A stretch of DNA of 64,000 nucleotides, taken from Nymphaea colorata (taxonomy: Eukaryota). Below the pieces are notes generated by a model that had not been told where the DNA came from, did not search any database, and saw only the letters and a program-made list of their open reading frames with translations. Shown here piece by piece: positions 1-12,700 of the stretch; positions within the stretch are counted from its first letter, which is position 1; every line of letters begins with the position of its first letter. Where the stretch lies: contig NC_045138.2 of the NCBI RefSeq assembly GCF_008831285.2, positions 17,484,001 through 17,548,000 on the forward strand. Reading direction: 5' to 3'. Made by a program: the position numbers and the translations under genes.

Positions 1-466
1 TATCTCTACCACCACGCCTGGATTTCTCCGATGCAGCAGGATGTAAAGATTCAACTTTTCCATTTCTCGAACTATTTCTGCCCCCTTTAGCACACTGAAC
101 AGATATGGAACGGTAACCAGAATCAAAACCTTTGTTTCTCAAAGACTTTACACACTTGGTGCCAGATTTAACACAACTAAACACACACCCGCTACTTAAA
201 TTTTCGTATTCTGACGGACTTCGACCTCTAGAAGAAGCATTTATCGGAAAACCAGGAAAGCCACGTCCCAATTTCCTGTTATTCTTAGAAATTATGCCAT
301 ACCCGGAACACGAGCTCCCCAATAGATTACGTTCAACTCGCCTTCCCACAAAGTCTAACGATCCCCTTTTGGGATCTAAGTTCGCACAGCTTACTTCCAT
401 AGAGAACACAAAATTTGGGGCATTCCCATCATGATAGCATGAACATCTCTGCACATATAGCATCAT
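1..466 (-). CDS. 5' part of an unidentified protein-coding gene, truncated by the window edge; Ser/Arg/Lys-rich N-terminus, possibly an organellar targeting region (for example of a PPR protein)
   Basis: Not in the ORF track because no stop lies inside the window. Manual translation from ATG at 466 stays open for 155 codons to position 1 (MMLYVQRCSCYHDGNAPNFVFS...KVESLHPAASEKSRRGGRD). A plausible 5'UTR intron lies at 601..474 (GTAAGG...CTTTCAG). The product is inference only. Confidence 0.55.
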   Translation of the reverse strand, partial: MMLYVQRCSCYHDGNAPNFVFSMEVSCANLDPKRGSLDFVGRRVERNLLGSSCSGYGIISKNNRKLGRGFPGFPINASSRGRSPSEYENLSSGCVFSCVKSGTKCVKSLRNKGFDSGYRSISVQCAKGGRNSSRNGKVESLHPAASEKSRRGGRD

Positions 467-1420
467 CTAGTGGCTGAAAGAGTGGCAAAGATATGGTTTT
501 CACAATCCAAATAACAAGAACAATCAGGTAGAGACTACAGAACTATAAGAAATGGGATAAAGCTGAAGAAGAACAAGGGAAAGGAGTGAAGGAGACCTTA
601 CTCGCCCGCGGGGAGGATAAACCCTATACCCTTGAAGCCTCTTCACGCTCCCCACCAACCGATAACAAAGAGAATTGGACTTGCAAGTAACGACGGATTC
701 CGTTGGTCCGTTTGGATCGATCTACGATCTATATATTCAGTAAGAAAGATCACAAATCCAGTCTAATTGGATCGATTCAAGATCCACATCTCGATATGCT
801 ACTAGTTTCAACTGGTACAGTTAATATGACTTTGGACTTATTTGGATCAGGTCTGGACCCAATTTGGAATTCACAATTTAAAAACCCATTTCAGAATAAC
901 GTCCAAATCGCTAGGCAATGAACTATCAAATTAGACCAGATGCACTGGGATTTGTTTCGATTTCTGATCCAAAATTCTTACCTGAGACTTAGATTGTTCG
1001 GACCATGCCGACGGACGATACTCCTGGAAAATAATCGGGTCGCGACACATGCTGCGCATAGCTAGAATCCAGGGTTCATAATAAAGAAAAAGCTCCGAAC
1101 CAAATCTCTAACTAGACTTTCACTTTTCCAAAATGAGTAGTTTTGTCACCAAGTCGAAGTACGTTTTTCTCCAAGTTTTTAATTAAGTGGAACTTGTCAT
1201 ATGTTCTTGAATATGGAACCCTTTTTTTTTTGTGCTTTATATGTGGGCAGCAGGGTGTTGCTTGCCCGTTCCTGCTGTGTACAGAATTGATGATGTTCAT
1301 ATGGTATGTGTTTTTTTGCTTTGTGCATATTATTTTATTACAATAACAAGAAGGGGAGCGTAACTCTCGGCAGACTTTTGTTAGCATAGATTATTGAATG
1401 TAAATTAAAACATTTTATGG

Positions 1421-1492
<72 letters not shown>

Positions 1493-3702
1493 GATGACAC
1501 TTACTTGGCCACAGTTGTAAAACGGCCATTTATAGGAGTTTTTAACGACATAAAATAAAATAAAAAAATCACTGGCCACACAAGTAGCCTGTTGTTTTCA
1601 CTTTTCACACACACACACACACACACACATATGTGTGTGTGTGTGAATCTTGACCTAGACTTACTTTTCCAAAATCACTAGTATTGCCACCAACAAATGA
1701 TACATCTTTCTCCAAGTTTTTTATTAAATGGCACCTCCATCATATGTTGTTGAATATGAATATAAACATTTTTTGAGCATTTGTATATATGTAGTTTGAA
1801 TTAAATGACAGCTTCATCAGATATTACTGAATGTGAATATAAACGTTTCTTTATATATACGCACACACAAATGCTCAAAGAATGTTTATATCCACAGAAC
1901 TCGCAAAGCGAAGCTCTGACATATGATTGAGTGTCGTTTAAATAAAACTATATATAGCCAAAAAAAACCCAGTTTCGATATTTTCCTTTTCCAGCTGGGC
2001 AACAGATTCAATCGGGTATAGAGGGGGAGTGAGAAAGGAATAAATTATGCAAATGAGAGTTTGAACTTAGCAAGAGCAATGAATATTCTTTTACAAGGTC
2101 TCCATTGCTTCCCCTGCAGGTGTTCTAAACGAATTAAACGAGTGGAGCTCGAACTCGGCACAGTTTGTCCAAGCCAAGCAACAAATAAATCAAGCCGAGC
2201 TAAGTCAGCGGACCAAGCTTGACTCGGCTCTTGTTCATCTCTATCTACAAGTCTTCACCCAGAAAGCATGGGACTCCACCTACAGTGCGGAGTGGTGCCC
2301 TCCTCCCACCGACGATCCGTCTGTGGAACAAAACTGCGAGTGTTCAACGGCAGCTTACAACCTTTCCGTGTTCTCTGCAAAGTGGTGTTTGATCAATGGA
2401 ATGGAAGCCTAACGCGACCCTTGAAAAAGAGAGCGAACTACCGGCAAAAGGTTTTGGTCGATGGATTGACTGTTATCTTTGTATAAGGGATCGATAAAAT
2501 AAAACTATTGAGACTATAATGGTAATCAGTTGATGAATAATTTATTTAAGCTAAAAAAAAGGTTGATTAGATGAAAAATAACAATTCTACGACAAAAAGG
2601 AATGATAAAAATTTGATAAGGCAGTCTGAGCACTATGTGTCACGTCAAATGGTTAGACGTAAGACTCACAAACTGAAAAATATGAAGATCCTGACATTGG
2701 AAGGACACAAAGCTACTATAATTTAGTAACAAACAATAAACATATAAGAGAATTAAATTACATTTTGCTGGGGTTTTATTCTGCTGTTTGTACCAATAGG
2801 TACATTTAGGATTAGCATTTTTCTCAATTAACAAAGGGGAGATAAATTTTCAATTTTTCAACGGTGTATCCGTATGATACTATTTAAGCATATACCTTTC
2901 TTCACTATATTGGTATACGGTATTAGTCACGGTTTATGGTGGCTTTAGCAACAATTTATGATTCCAAGGACTGCAAAGGACACCTTGGCGGACCCGTTTC
3001 ATGACGAACAGAATTATAGATGAGCATACACGTCTAAACAAGTATCACCTTTCTTCATGCAGATACATGTATAGGAAACCAGCTATGAAGCTTCTTTTGC
3101 CCAAAAATAATCTACATCCACAAAAATTGGTGGAGGGTGATGCAAAAACTTGCTGGAAGAGATTGAGACACTCATAAGGCAGGGGGGTATATACAACAGC
3201 CATTACAAGCCAAATCATGAAATCCACCTGGACTGTCACAAACATCAACTAACCCCTCCAAGCAAACACAGGACCAGACATATTCACAAGAAATAAATCG
3301 GAAAAAGAAAACCTTAATGCCACCTAAAATTGCCTTGGCAGGAAACTCAAGAAGGAAATTTCAGCCACTTTTCCTGCTCCAACTTGGAATTTGAACAGAA
3401 GCATAGGCGAACCTGGATAACAAACTTATACCACTGGACCAACAAGCTCGAACATCTAGCTTGACGTGCCTTCTACATCCCCCAGTGTACAAGGATGAAA
3501 ATCAGTGCAAACAGCGAACTGCCACTCAACAAGTAGATACCTCTTAGCAAAGATCTCTCTTCCAAAAAACAGCATGAATTGTGGTAGTATTGTGAACTGC
3601 AACTTACCTCATTCACTTGTAACTAGGCAGGTTGGATGATAGAACCAACAGCTACATCAGATTCACTAGTATCAAAAATTAATTTCACATAAATTACAGA
3701 TT

Positions 3703-6700
3703 TCAAGCCATCTTCAGTGCCTGCTGCAACTGAGATAAGACTGATGGATGTATCCTGCCCATGGCTGAATTAAAGTTTGATTCACCATGAATGGCAGCAC
3801 ATGCATGAAGATTCTCTTTTAGTATGTTCTCCAACGCTAACTGCTTTATTGGATCAGACTCTTTTATCTGAAGATAGAAAACATGAAGAATAAAATAAAG
3901 AAAAGAAATTATAATAAAGCTAGGTTGCATTTTTTTCTCCAACAAATGCACATTGACATAATAAAATAATAAGACGCCTCATGATTCAGTTTGCATGCAG
4001 GTGTAAAGGATATCAAACTTCTATAGGTTTATTTATGTTTCCCTATATACCTTTTTTCTCTTACAGGAGATGAAGTTTATTGGTTTGAACTTTGAAGGGT
4101 AATAAGGGATCACCACTAAGAATACACGATGCACATATATGGTCTCCACAATCTGGAGACCATGCCTTGATAAGCAAGTGTTGAAAGTAGAAAGTTTGGC
4201 TTTAAATGTGGTAGTTAGTTGAATATTTAAAAGTTAGGGTTCTCTTATGTCATTTCAATATTTTATGTGTCCTCCGTTTGTAACTGTTACAGCCGTGCCC
4301 TAATCTCTCTTTTAGTAGAGATTAGTGTACGAGATTGAGTAAGAAGTTTTACCGCCTCTCTCTCTCTCTTTCTTTCTCTCGTTCTCCCCTTCCCTATTAC
4401 GCAACATGGTATCAGAGCGACGACTCAAGCTGCTGGCGTGATCGGCTCAAGCTGCAGGCGTGATCGACTCAAGCTGCTGGCGTCATCGACTCTGTGTTCT
4501 GGCGTGATCGTTTCTTGCCCATCTTGCATACGAGAATATCTCAGACTTACGAGAACACCTCAAGCTGTTGCTGGAGTAATCTCTAACTTATCTCATATTC
4601 TCTGCTGTGTAGAGGAGGACCTGATCTCGCCTATGTGGAAGGCGTGATCAGATCCTCACGTGGAGTATTTGGATATTTTTTTATGTGCTGGTCATGGATA
4701 CTGTTTAGAGTGTTGAACGTTTAAGTGTTGAAGAAACGTTGATATGCTGTCTGTAGTTGTGGTTTGAGGGATGATCAGAAATTCTGGTGAAGCAAAATAG
4801 ATGCAGAATTTATCTACGCAAGATGTGGAATGTTAGAAGCAGCGGCAGACTTCATTTATAAGTTCTGTTTTCCAGCAAGTTTATTCCCTGTCGTTTCCTG
4901 TGTAGTTTCAGCAAATTTTCTTTCCATCAAGTTGTCTGTTTTTCCCCTTTTCCTTGCTGTTTTGGGGGTTGTTGAAAGAGGCTGCGTGACTGTTCTTTGT
5001 TCTGTTCCTGAAGGCTGCGTGAAATTGCTGCATATATATATATTCCATTTTGGTCGTCCCATTCTTGCTGTGATTTATGATGGCTGAGAACCAAAGATTG
5101 GAGGGTGGTAATGATCATAAAGGAGTTGGAAATCCCTTTTCCTATGGATCTACAGTTAAATTAGATGGACACAACTATGAGTTGTGGTCTAGATCCTTTA
5201 TGTTGTCAGTAAAAGGACATCGAAAGAGACACATTATTGAAGAGGATGAACCTCTTAACAAGACAGGCAAGTACATAACCTGGGAAGAGGACGACAGCAT
5301 GGTTATGTCTTGGATTATGAATAGTGTCCAACCCCAAATTGCTTCTACTATTACTTACTATACTACTGCGAAGGAGATGTGGGACTTCCTTAGACAGACA
5401 TATTCTCAAGATAAGAATGTAAGTAAAATCCTTCAAATTGAAGAAGAGTTGCACAACCTCCGACAGGGAAATCAAGATTTATCTCAATACTTTGCAACAG
5501 TGAAAGCTACTTATGAACGTCTGAAATTTTTGCGTCCTCCTTGCAAATCGTGTTATAAGTCACATTTTGAACCTACTATGGTTGCGAAGTTTCTTGCTGG
5601 TCTCTCCCCTGAGTATGCTTCTGCTAAGGATCAGATGCTCACTGGAAGTGAAATTCCTGAGCTCTCTGATGCATACAACAGACTTAGCCGTCTTGCTGTT
5701 AGCCTGTCTCAACCAACTGGTGTGACGCCTACCTCTGCTTCTGCTCTTGCTGTGGGGGTGGTCGCGGTCATAGCTCCACCTATAGTGCCAGAGGAAGAGG
5801 TATAGGTCGTGGAACTGGGGGCCGTGGGAGGTTCCAATGTACCTATTGTGGAAAGATTGGACACTTAGAGGATCGCTGTTGGGATAAACATGGTCGCCCA
5901 TCCTCTTTGTCGCAAGGAAGAAATATAGTCATCAAACAGGGCAAGAGTCCTACTCACTTATCTATGGGTTCTGCACAGACTGCCACTCCTACAGTGGAGG
6001 ACGCTTCGTCTAGTATAGCGCCAGAGACAGTTACAGTCAGCATTGACAGAGTTGAGTACGAGCAATTTTTAGCGCACAAAGCCTCACAGGCTTCAGCTTC
6101 TACAGCGTTGACCGATCGAGCCATCTCAGCGGGTCCTTCCACATCTGACTCAGGTACTTTGTGGATTATTGATTCAGGAGCATCGAGACATTTCTGTAGT
6201 AGCCCTGGGTGGTTTACTACTCTACATAAATTTCCTCAGCCACGTCATGTCAAAATTGCAGATGGTAGACTGTCACCCGTATTGGGCTATGGAAATGTGA
6301 AACTTTCTCAGTCTATGACTATTTCACATGTTTTATATGCTCCTGACTTTCCATCTCATTTACTCTCGGTTAAACAGTTGACTACTGATTTACACTGTCG
6401 TGTTATTTTTGACCCTGGTTCATGCTCATTTCAGGACTTGCAAACTGGGAAGACGATTGGTGGCGGCTATGAGAAAGGGGGAGTCTACATCCTGTCGGCT
6501 CCAATGGGTCTTGCAGCTACCGCGTCTACATCAGAGTCTACAATCTTCCAGTGGCATCTCCGGCTTGGTCACCCTTCAGCACCCAAGCTTCGTTCTCTCC
6601 TGCCTAAACTTTCAGTTCCAGAGTCTTTCCAGTGTGAGGCATGTCAACTTGGCAAGCACACACGTAGTAGTTTTCCTTCGAGTCTTAGTCCTTCAAGTCA

Positions 6701-9700
6701 AGGGTTATTTGATCTTCTTCATGTTGATGTGTGGGGGCCTAGCAGGGTTGCTAGCCGAGATAGGTTTAGGTACTTTCTTGTCGTTGTTGATGATTATTCT
6801 CGAGTCAGTTGGGTATTCCTGTTGAAGGAAAGGTCTGAAGTAATTTGTATTCTCAAAAACTTGATTATTGAAATAAAGACTCAATTTAGTTCTGTGGTTA
6901 AGTGTATTCGCACTGATAATGCTCTTGAGTTCAAATCATCTATCTTAATGACCTTTTATGCTGAAAATGGTATCTCTCCCCAATTTACATGTCCTCATAC
7001 CTCACAACAGAATGGAGTTGCCGAACGAAAACATCGGCAACTTCTAACTGTTGCTCGAACCCTAATGCTTCATAATCACGTACCTGCATACTTATGGGGT
7101 GATGCCATTCTCATGTCTTGTTACCTGACCAATCGTTTGTCATCATCCTCCATTGACAACAAAATACCTATTAAACTTGTTTATCCCAATCGAAGCTTGT
7201 TTTCCGTTGCACCAAAAGTTTTTGGTTGTACCTGTTTTGTTCATATTCTTGGGCCTAAACGTGATAAACTTGCTGCTCAAGCCATTAAGTGTGTGTTCAT
7301 TGGCTACCCCCGAAACCAAAAAGGGTACAAGTGCTTTGATCCGGTAACTCACAAAGAGTATATCAGTGCGGATGTCACTTTTTTCGAGGAGCGGTCTTAC
7401 TTTAATCCTCTTACTTCTACATCATCTGAAATGCCATGTCCTATCCCTTTACCTATCCCACCTATCCCGTTGCAATCCTTTCCATCTCCTACGCTGACTA
7501 TGAATAGGTTTCAGGATCCTCCATTGGTCTACACTCGGCGACAGGACCCCTCTCATGGTCGACCATCAGACTCTTCTCAAGATGTGAGCTCCACTGAAGT
7601 AAGTATACCTGATGTTGTTCCTTCAAATGACTTGCCTATAGCCCTGCGCAAAGGCAAGAGACAGTGTACCATGCATCCTATCTCTCACTTTGTTTCCACT
7701 ACCCATCTTGATGATAACTTACAACAGTTTCTTAAGGCTATGGCAGTTCATACAGTCCCAACTAGTCATCAACAGGCCTTACTCGATTGTAAATGGCGAA
7801 CAGCTATGCAAGATGAGATGGATGCCCTCGTACAGCGTGGTACCTGGGAGTTGGTCGATCCACCTGACGACTGTGACATTGTTGGCGCCAAATGGGTATT
7901 TACAGTCAAATATCATTCAGATGGATCATTAGAGCGATACAAGGCTCGATTAGTGGCTAAAGGTTACACTCAGACATACGGGGTTGACTTCTTTGAGACG
8001 TTCTCTCCAATGGCAAGATTGGGCACTATTCGTCTTATTATTTCAGTTGCGGTTCACTCGGATTGGCCTATGTATCAGCTTGATGTGAAGAATGCCTTTT
8101 TGTATGGTGATCTTGAGGAGACCGTGTATATGCAACAACCTCCAGGGTTCGAGAAACAGGGGGAGTGTAGTAAAGTGTGTCGGTTGAAGAAGGCTATCTA
8201 TGGACTTAAACAAAGTCCCAGGGCATGGTTCCACAAATTATCAGGGGTAGTTTCACAGTGTGGATTTGAACGATCTCCTTTGGATCATTCTCTATTCATC
8301 AAGAAAACCTCTACAGGTATTGTTGTCATGATAGTATATGTTGATGACATTATTCTGACAGGTGATTGTGGTCAAGAAATATCTGCTACTAAGGCCTTCC
8401 TTCAAAAACATTTTGTCACGAAGGATCTTGGTCACTTGAGATATTTTCTTGGAATTGAAGTTGTGGAGAACAAAGAAGGTGTAGCATTGTCTCAAAGGAA
8501 GTATGTCCTTGATCTTCTGCAAGACACAGGGATGCTAGGGACCAAGCCGGCTAATCTCCCGATGAATCCTCGTATTCATCTTCATGATGATCAATCAGAA
8601 CTAGTAGATTCCCGATCTTATAGGTCTCTTATTGGAAAACTGCTTTATGTTACTGTAACAAGACCAGATATTAGCTTTGCTGTTGGAAAATTAAGTCAGT
8701 TTATGGAAAAACCTAGAAAAGTCCACTGGGATGCGGCGTTGATGGTGTTGAAATATCTAAAATCTTCCCCAGGCAGAGGTCTCTTCTTTAAGAAAGGTGA
8801 ATATCTAGATGTTGTTGCTTACAGTGATGCTGACTATGCAGGGTCTGTTGATGATAGAAGGTCAACAACTGGCTTCTGTGTCTTTGTTGGGGGTAATCTC
8901 ATATCATGGAGAAGCAAGAAACAAAATGTGGTCTCTAGATCAAGTGCAGAATCTGAATATAGAGCAATGGCTCAAACAGCTACTGAGATGACGTGGATTA
9001 AATCTATGCTAACGAATATGAGTATTCATGTTCCTCTTCCTATGAGAATGTATTGTGATAACAAGGCTGCTACTTATATTGCAAACAATCCAGTATTTCA
9101 TGAAAGAACTAAGCACATTGAGGTGGATTGTCATTACATTCGTGATCTTATAAAAGAAGGTGTAGTGTCTACAGTTCATGTAGCTTCTGAAGACCAAGCC
9201 GCAGATATGTTTACGAAAGCTCTTCCGATTGGTGATTTCTCTAGATGTTGTGACAAGCTGAGCATGGTTGACATCTATGCTCCAGCTTGAGGGGGAGTGT
9301 TGAAAGTAGAAAGTTTGGCTTTAAATGTGGTAGTTAGTTGAATATTTAAAAGTTAGGGTTCTCTTATGTCATTTCAATATTTTATGTGTCCTCCGTTTGT
9401 AACTGTTACAGCCGTGCCCTAATCTCTCTTTTAGTAGAGATTAGTGTACGAGATTGAGTAAGAAGTTTTACCGCCTCTCTCTCTCTCTTTCTTTCTCTCG
9501 TTCTCCCCTTCCCTATTACGCAACAGCAAGCACAACAAAATGACTACAAAGGAGAAATTTTCAATATCCAATTCACATATTGACCAATTACATCAATGAT
9601 GACAAATAGCAACAGCTATTGAGGAGATCCACTAATAAAATAACAACCATGTACAAAATAAACACACAAGCTAAAAGGTACACATGCATTATCAGACATC

Positions 9701-12700
9701 TTCACGCACGTACATGCACATACATACAATGGGACAAGAAAACCACAAGACCTTGAAAATTCTGAAGACACAAAAAGAAAAACAGTTAACTTCACAGTGC
9801 AATAACATCTAGCCAAAATTACCTGTCTCTTCCTCATCTCTATGGTTGATCTGGTACCAAATGAATCAAGGTCATTCTGGGCCCCAATAGAATCGGCTTC
9901 AGCAAAACTGCATGAAACAGATATAAAGATACACGATTAGTGAGCAAACATGCTAAAGGCAAATGAGAATCAACAATCTGCAAGACTACCTTGTCAAAAT
10001 TCAATAGCACACCAGCTGAGAGTTTGAAAATATTCAACTAAAAAGCTTCCAGATTGAAATTTAGAAAAGACTAACAAGCAACAATACTAAAACACAGCGA
10101 CAGGGTGAAGTATTACCTGGATTCATCCTTGGCTTCATCATCATCCACAATTACACTGGTACACACACTGCACGAGTTGATATTTGGAACATCAACTGCA
10201 TATATTTATGAAGCCAGGCAGTAAACTCTATACAATCATGAGATGTGTAACAATGATTACCTGACTATTTGTTCAAGCTTCTCAAGAATCTGGGATTCTC
10301 TAAAGTTCAAAGAAACTGCCAGAGCTAAGGCACAAGTCTTCCTTTGGATGAATGGAATGTTATCAACCTAAGGAGGCAGGGAAACTTGAATTTAACTATT
10401 CAAAGTATTTGATAGTTACAAGAAAACTTGTAGAACTCTTCAGTAAAGACTAAAGAATGAAGGAGAAAAGGAAGAACCATGACAGTGAAGAGAAGTACTT
10501 TAAGAAAGAAATTGCCAAAAATGATGCACTATGTCAAAACCCAAAAAAAAAAAAAAAAAAGACTATCAGTTTGTTTGGATGGAGGGATAGGAATGGAATG
10601 GGCAGTCATTTCTGTGCTTGGTAAGCTAATTAAGGAGGAAGGAAAGGAGAGGACAAGAAGAAAATGTGTTTGGATGCAGGGGAAAGGAAAGGATTGCATA
10701 GTGTAATTTCAATCCCCCCAAAAATGGAGAGATTCGGATGGAAAGGAATGACTCTTGACCAAAGTGACGGTTTTACCCTCCATTATTTCTCCCTAGTGAC
10801 CTTTCCGTGCATTAGTCCACTGCTTCTCCTAATCCATCAAATGCCGCTTTGTGCCTGTGAGGCAACTACTAATGCAGAAAAATGAACATCAGCCCTTCTG
10901 TTGACAGAGTTGATTTGATTACTCCTTGATGAAACGTGCCTTATATTGTTTATTGCAAAAAAACTTATGCAATCACATAAACCTTTTTAGTTGTCAAAAT
11001 AAGCTTCCAAGTTGGTCAAACATGATACAACCTTTTGAAATGGGACATATCAAGGCTCTAGACTTGAAAAGATGTACCAAAGATTACGTTAACCTTGATC
11101 AAGAAAATTATGGTAATAAAAATTAAAATATTTAAAAGTCATTCTCAAAAAAAATAAATAAATAATATGAAAATAATAATAATAAGAATTATGCTATATA
11201 TGAAATAGTTTTTTTTTAAATACATGTGGCACTTTTGAATCCAGTCATATAATTGACTAATTAATATTTTTAAATATTTTAATTTGGATAATAAGTTCTA
11301 ACTTCTAAAGTCTTTAGAGACATTATTATAAACTAACTTAAATTCTTGTATTTCCTTTCCTTTATGTAGTTAAAACCATAGCAACAAATATTACAATATT
11401 TTCAATAAAAACAACGAAAACGAAAAAATGGCAAATTACCACGATATTTTCAAAATGTTGCCAAAAAATATATTTCGTGATTTTATCACGATAAAAATGC
11501 AATTTTATTGTGTTTTTTTCAGCACTGTTTAAAACTGTGCACAAACAGGGGCATTGTTGGTAGTTTTTGAAAAAATTTAGAACTTTAAAGTTTAAACCAC
11601 ACCTGCCCCATTTCATTTTTAAAAGGAGTAGTTTTGTAATGAAAAAGTTTTAACAAGGCACTTTTGAACTCTTTTCTTCTTTTTAATGGCAAAAATGGGA
11701 AAGGAGGATTAGGCTTTTAAGCCCTTTTTCCCTCCAGGATAGGGTTTGGGGCTTGGGCATTGCTGATGTGAGAAGGAAGAAGACCTGCGGTCCAGCAGTG
11801 GGCCTTTGGGGCTTGGGGATTTGGGGCCTTTAGGGTCTGGCCATTCCTTCACTCCCACCTGGTGTCCTATCTTTTAAGTTTTAACTATTCAATAGATGAG
11901 CAGCAAGCTTTACGCCTTCAAGTTCTGTTTTTTTTTTTTTTTACATAATTTTTTGATTTTTTATTTAAATTACAAATTGCCGAGATTTTCCCAAGATTTT
12001 GCCTAGATTTCCCAAGATTTTACCGAGAAAAATCTCGCCGATATTTTCTCAAGAATGATATTTGTGGCTATGGTCCAAACAAACATGATTTTAATAATTT
12101 CTTTCCTTTCCTTTACGTTCTACCAAACAAGCTTTTATAACTATCTCTTCCCTTTGCTCTCTTTTCTTCCCCTTTCCTTTTTCTTCCCTTTCCTTTGTTT
12201 TCCTTTTTGTCCATTCCTTTCCCTCCTTTTCCCTCCATCCAAACAGGGTGTTAAGACTCAGTGATACTTTTTAAGACTTGATTTCAGAGAGCACCATCCA
12301 TCAGCAAAAGGAGATGAGAAGCTTTTCCTTCCTTTTCATGATGACAGTAACCTCCAACTATCAAGTCTTGCGATCACAATACCAAGGGAAAGCTTAAGCA
12401 ATAAGGAAGCACAAATGGGACTTCATCCAGGGTCTGTAACTTGACACCGTTCACATTGGCTTCTTACACCTACTCAGCACTTGTGGTGGTAAAAGGAGAT
12501 AAAAAGTTACAACCCAAAAGTGAACCTAGAACCTCTGAATAGTCCCTTCCCGCAAATAGATTGCATAAAATCAGGCTACCTTTTCGACCTGGTATTTCTA
12601 GCATGGATAACTTGATAAGAGTCATAAGACTGCTCACTTGATCTTCCAATGAAACGTGAATCTTAAAATATACCATTGCGTTCAACTTCTTAGAGATCTC

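Larger units (their letters stand above)
4179..9525 (+). mobile_element. Full-length Ty1/copia LTR retrotransposon (short-LTR, Ale/Retrofit-like), 5347 bp, antisense within importin intron 22
   Basis: TG...CA LTRs at 4179-4406 and 9298-9525. 5-bp TSD GCAAG at 4174-4178 and 9526-9530. PBS TGGTATCAGAGC and PPT GAGGGGGAG present. Domain order gag-PR-INT-RT-RH. Lineage is inferred from size, LTR length and PBS. Confidence 0.97.

Noticed and set aside
1112..1900. Diverged tandem duplication (about 1112-1420 vs 1655-1850) with TA/T and CA microsatellites and small ORFs
   Set aside because: Ordinary intergenic duplication and low-complexity sequence; the ORFs are not credible.
4139..4163. 10-bp-stem hairpin ATGGTCTCCA-CAATC-TGGAGACCAT just before the copia target site
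   Set aside because: Single short instance; cannot be distinguished from chance as a targeting signal.
4421..4510. 22-bp repeats as a CRISPR-like array
   Set aside because: Head-to-tail with no unique spacers, inside a retrotransposon leader, in a eukaryotic context.
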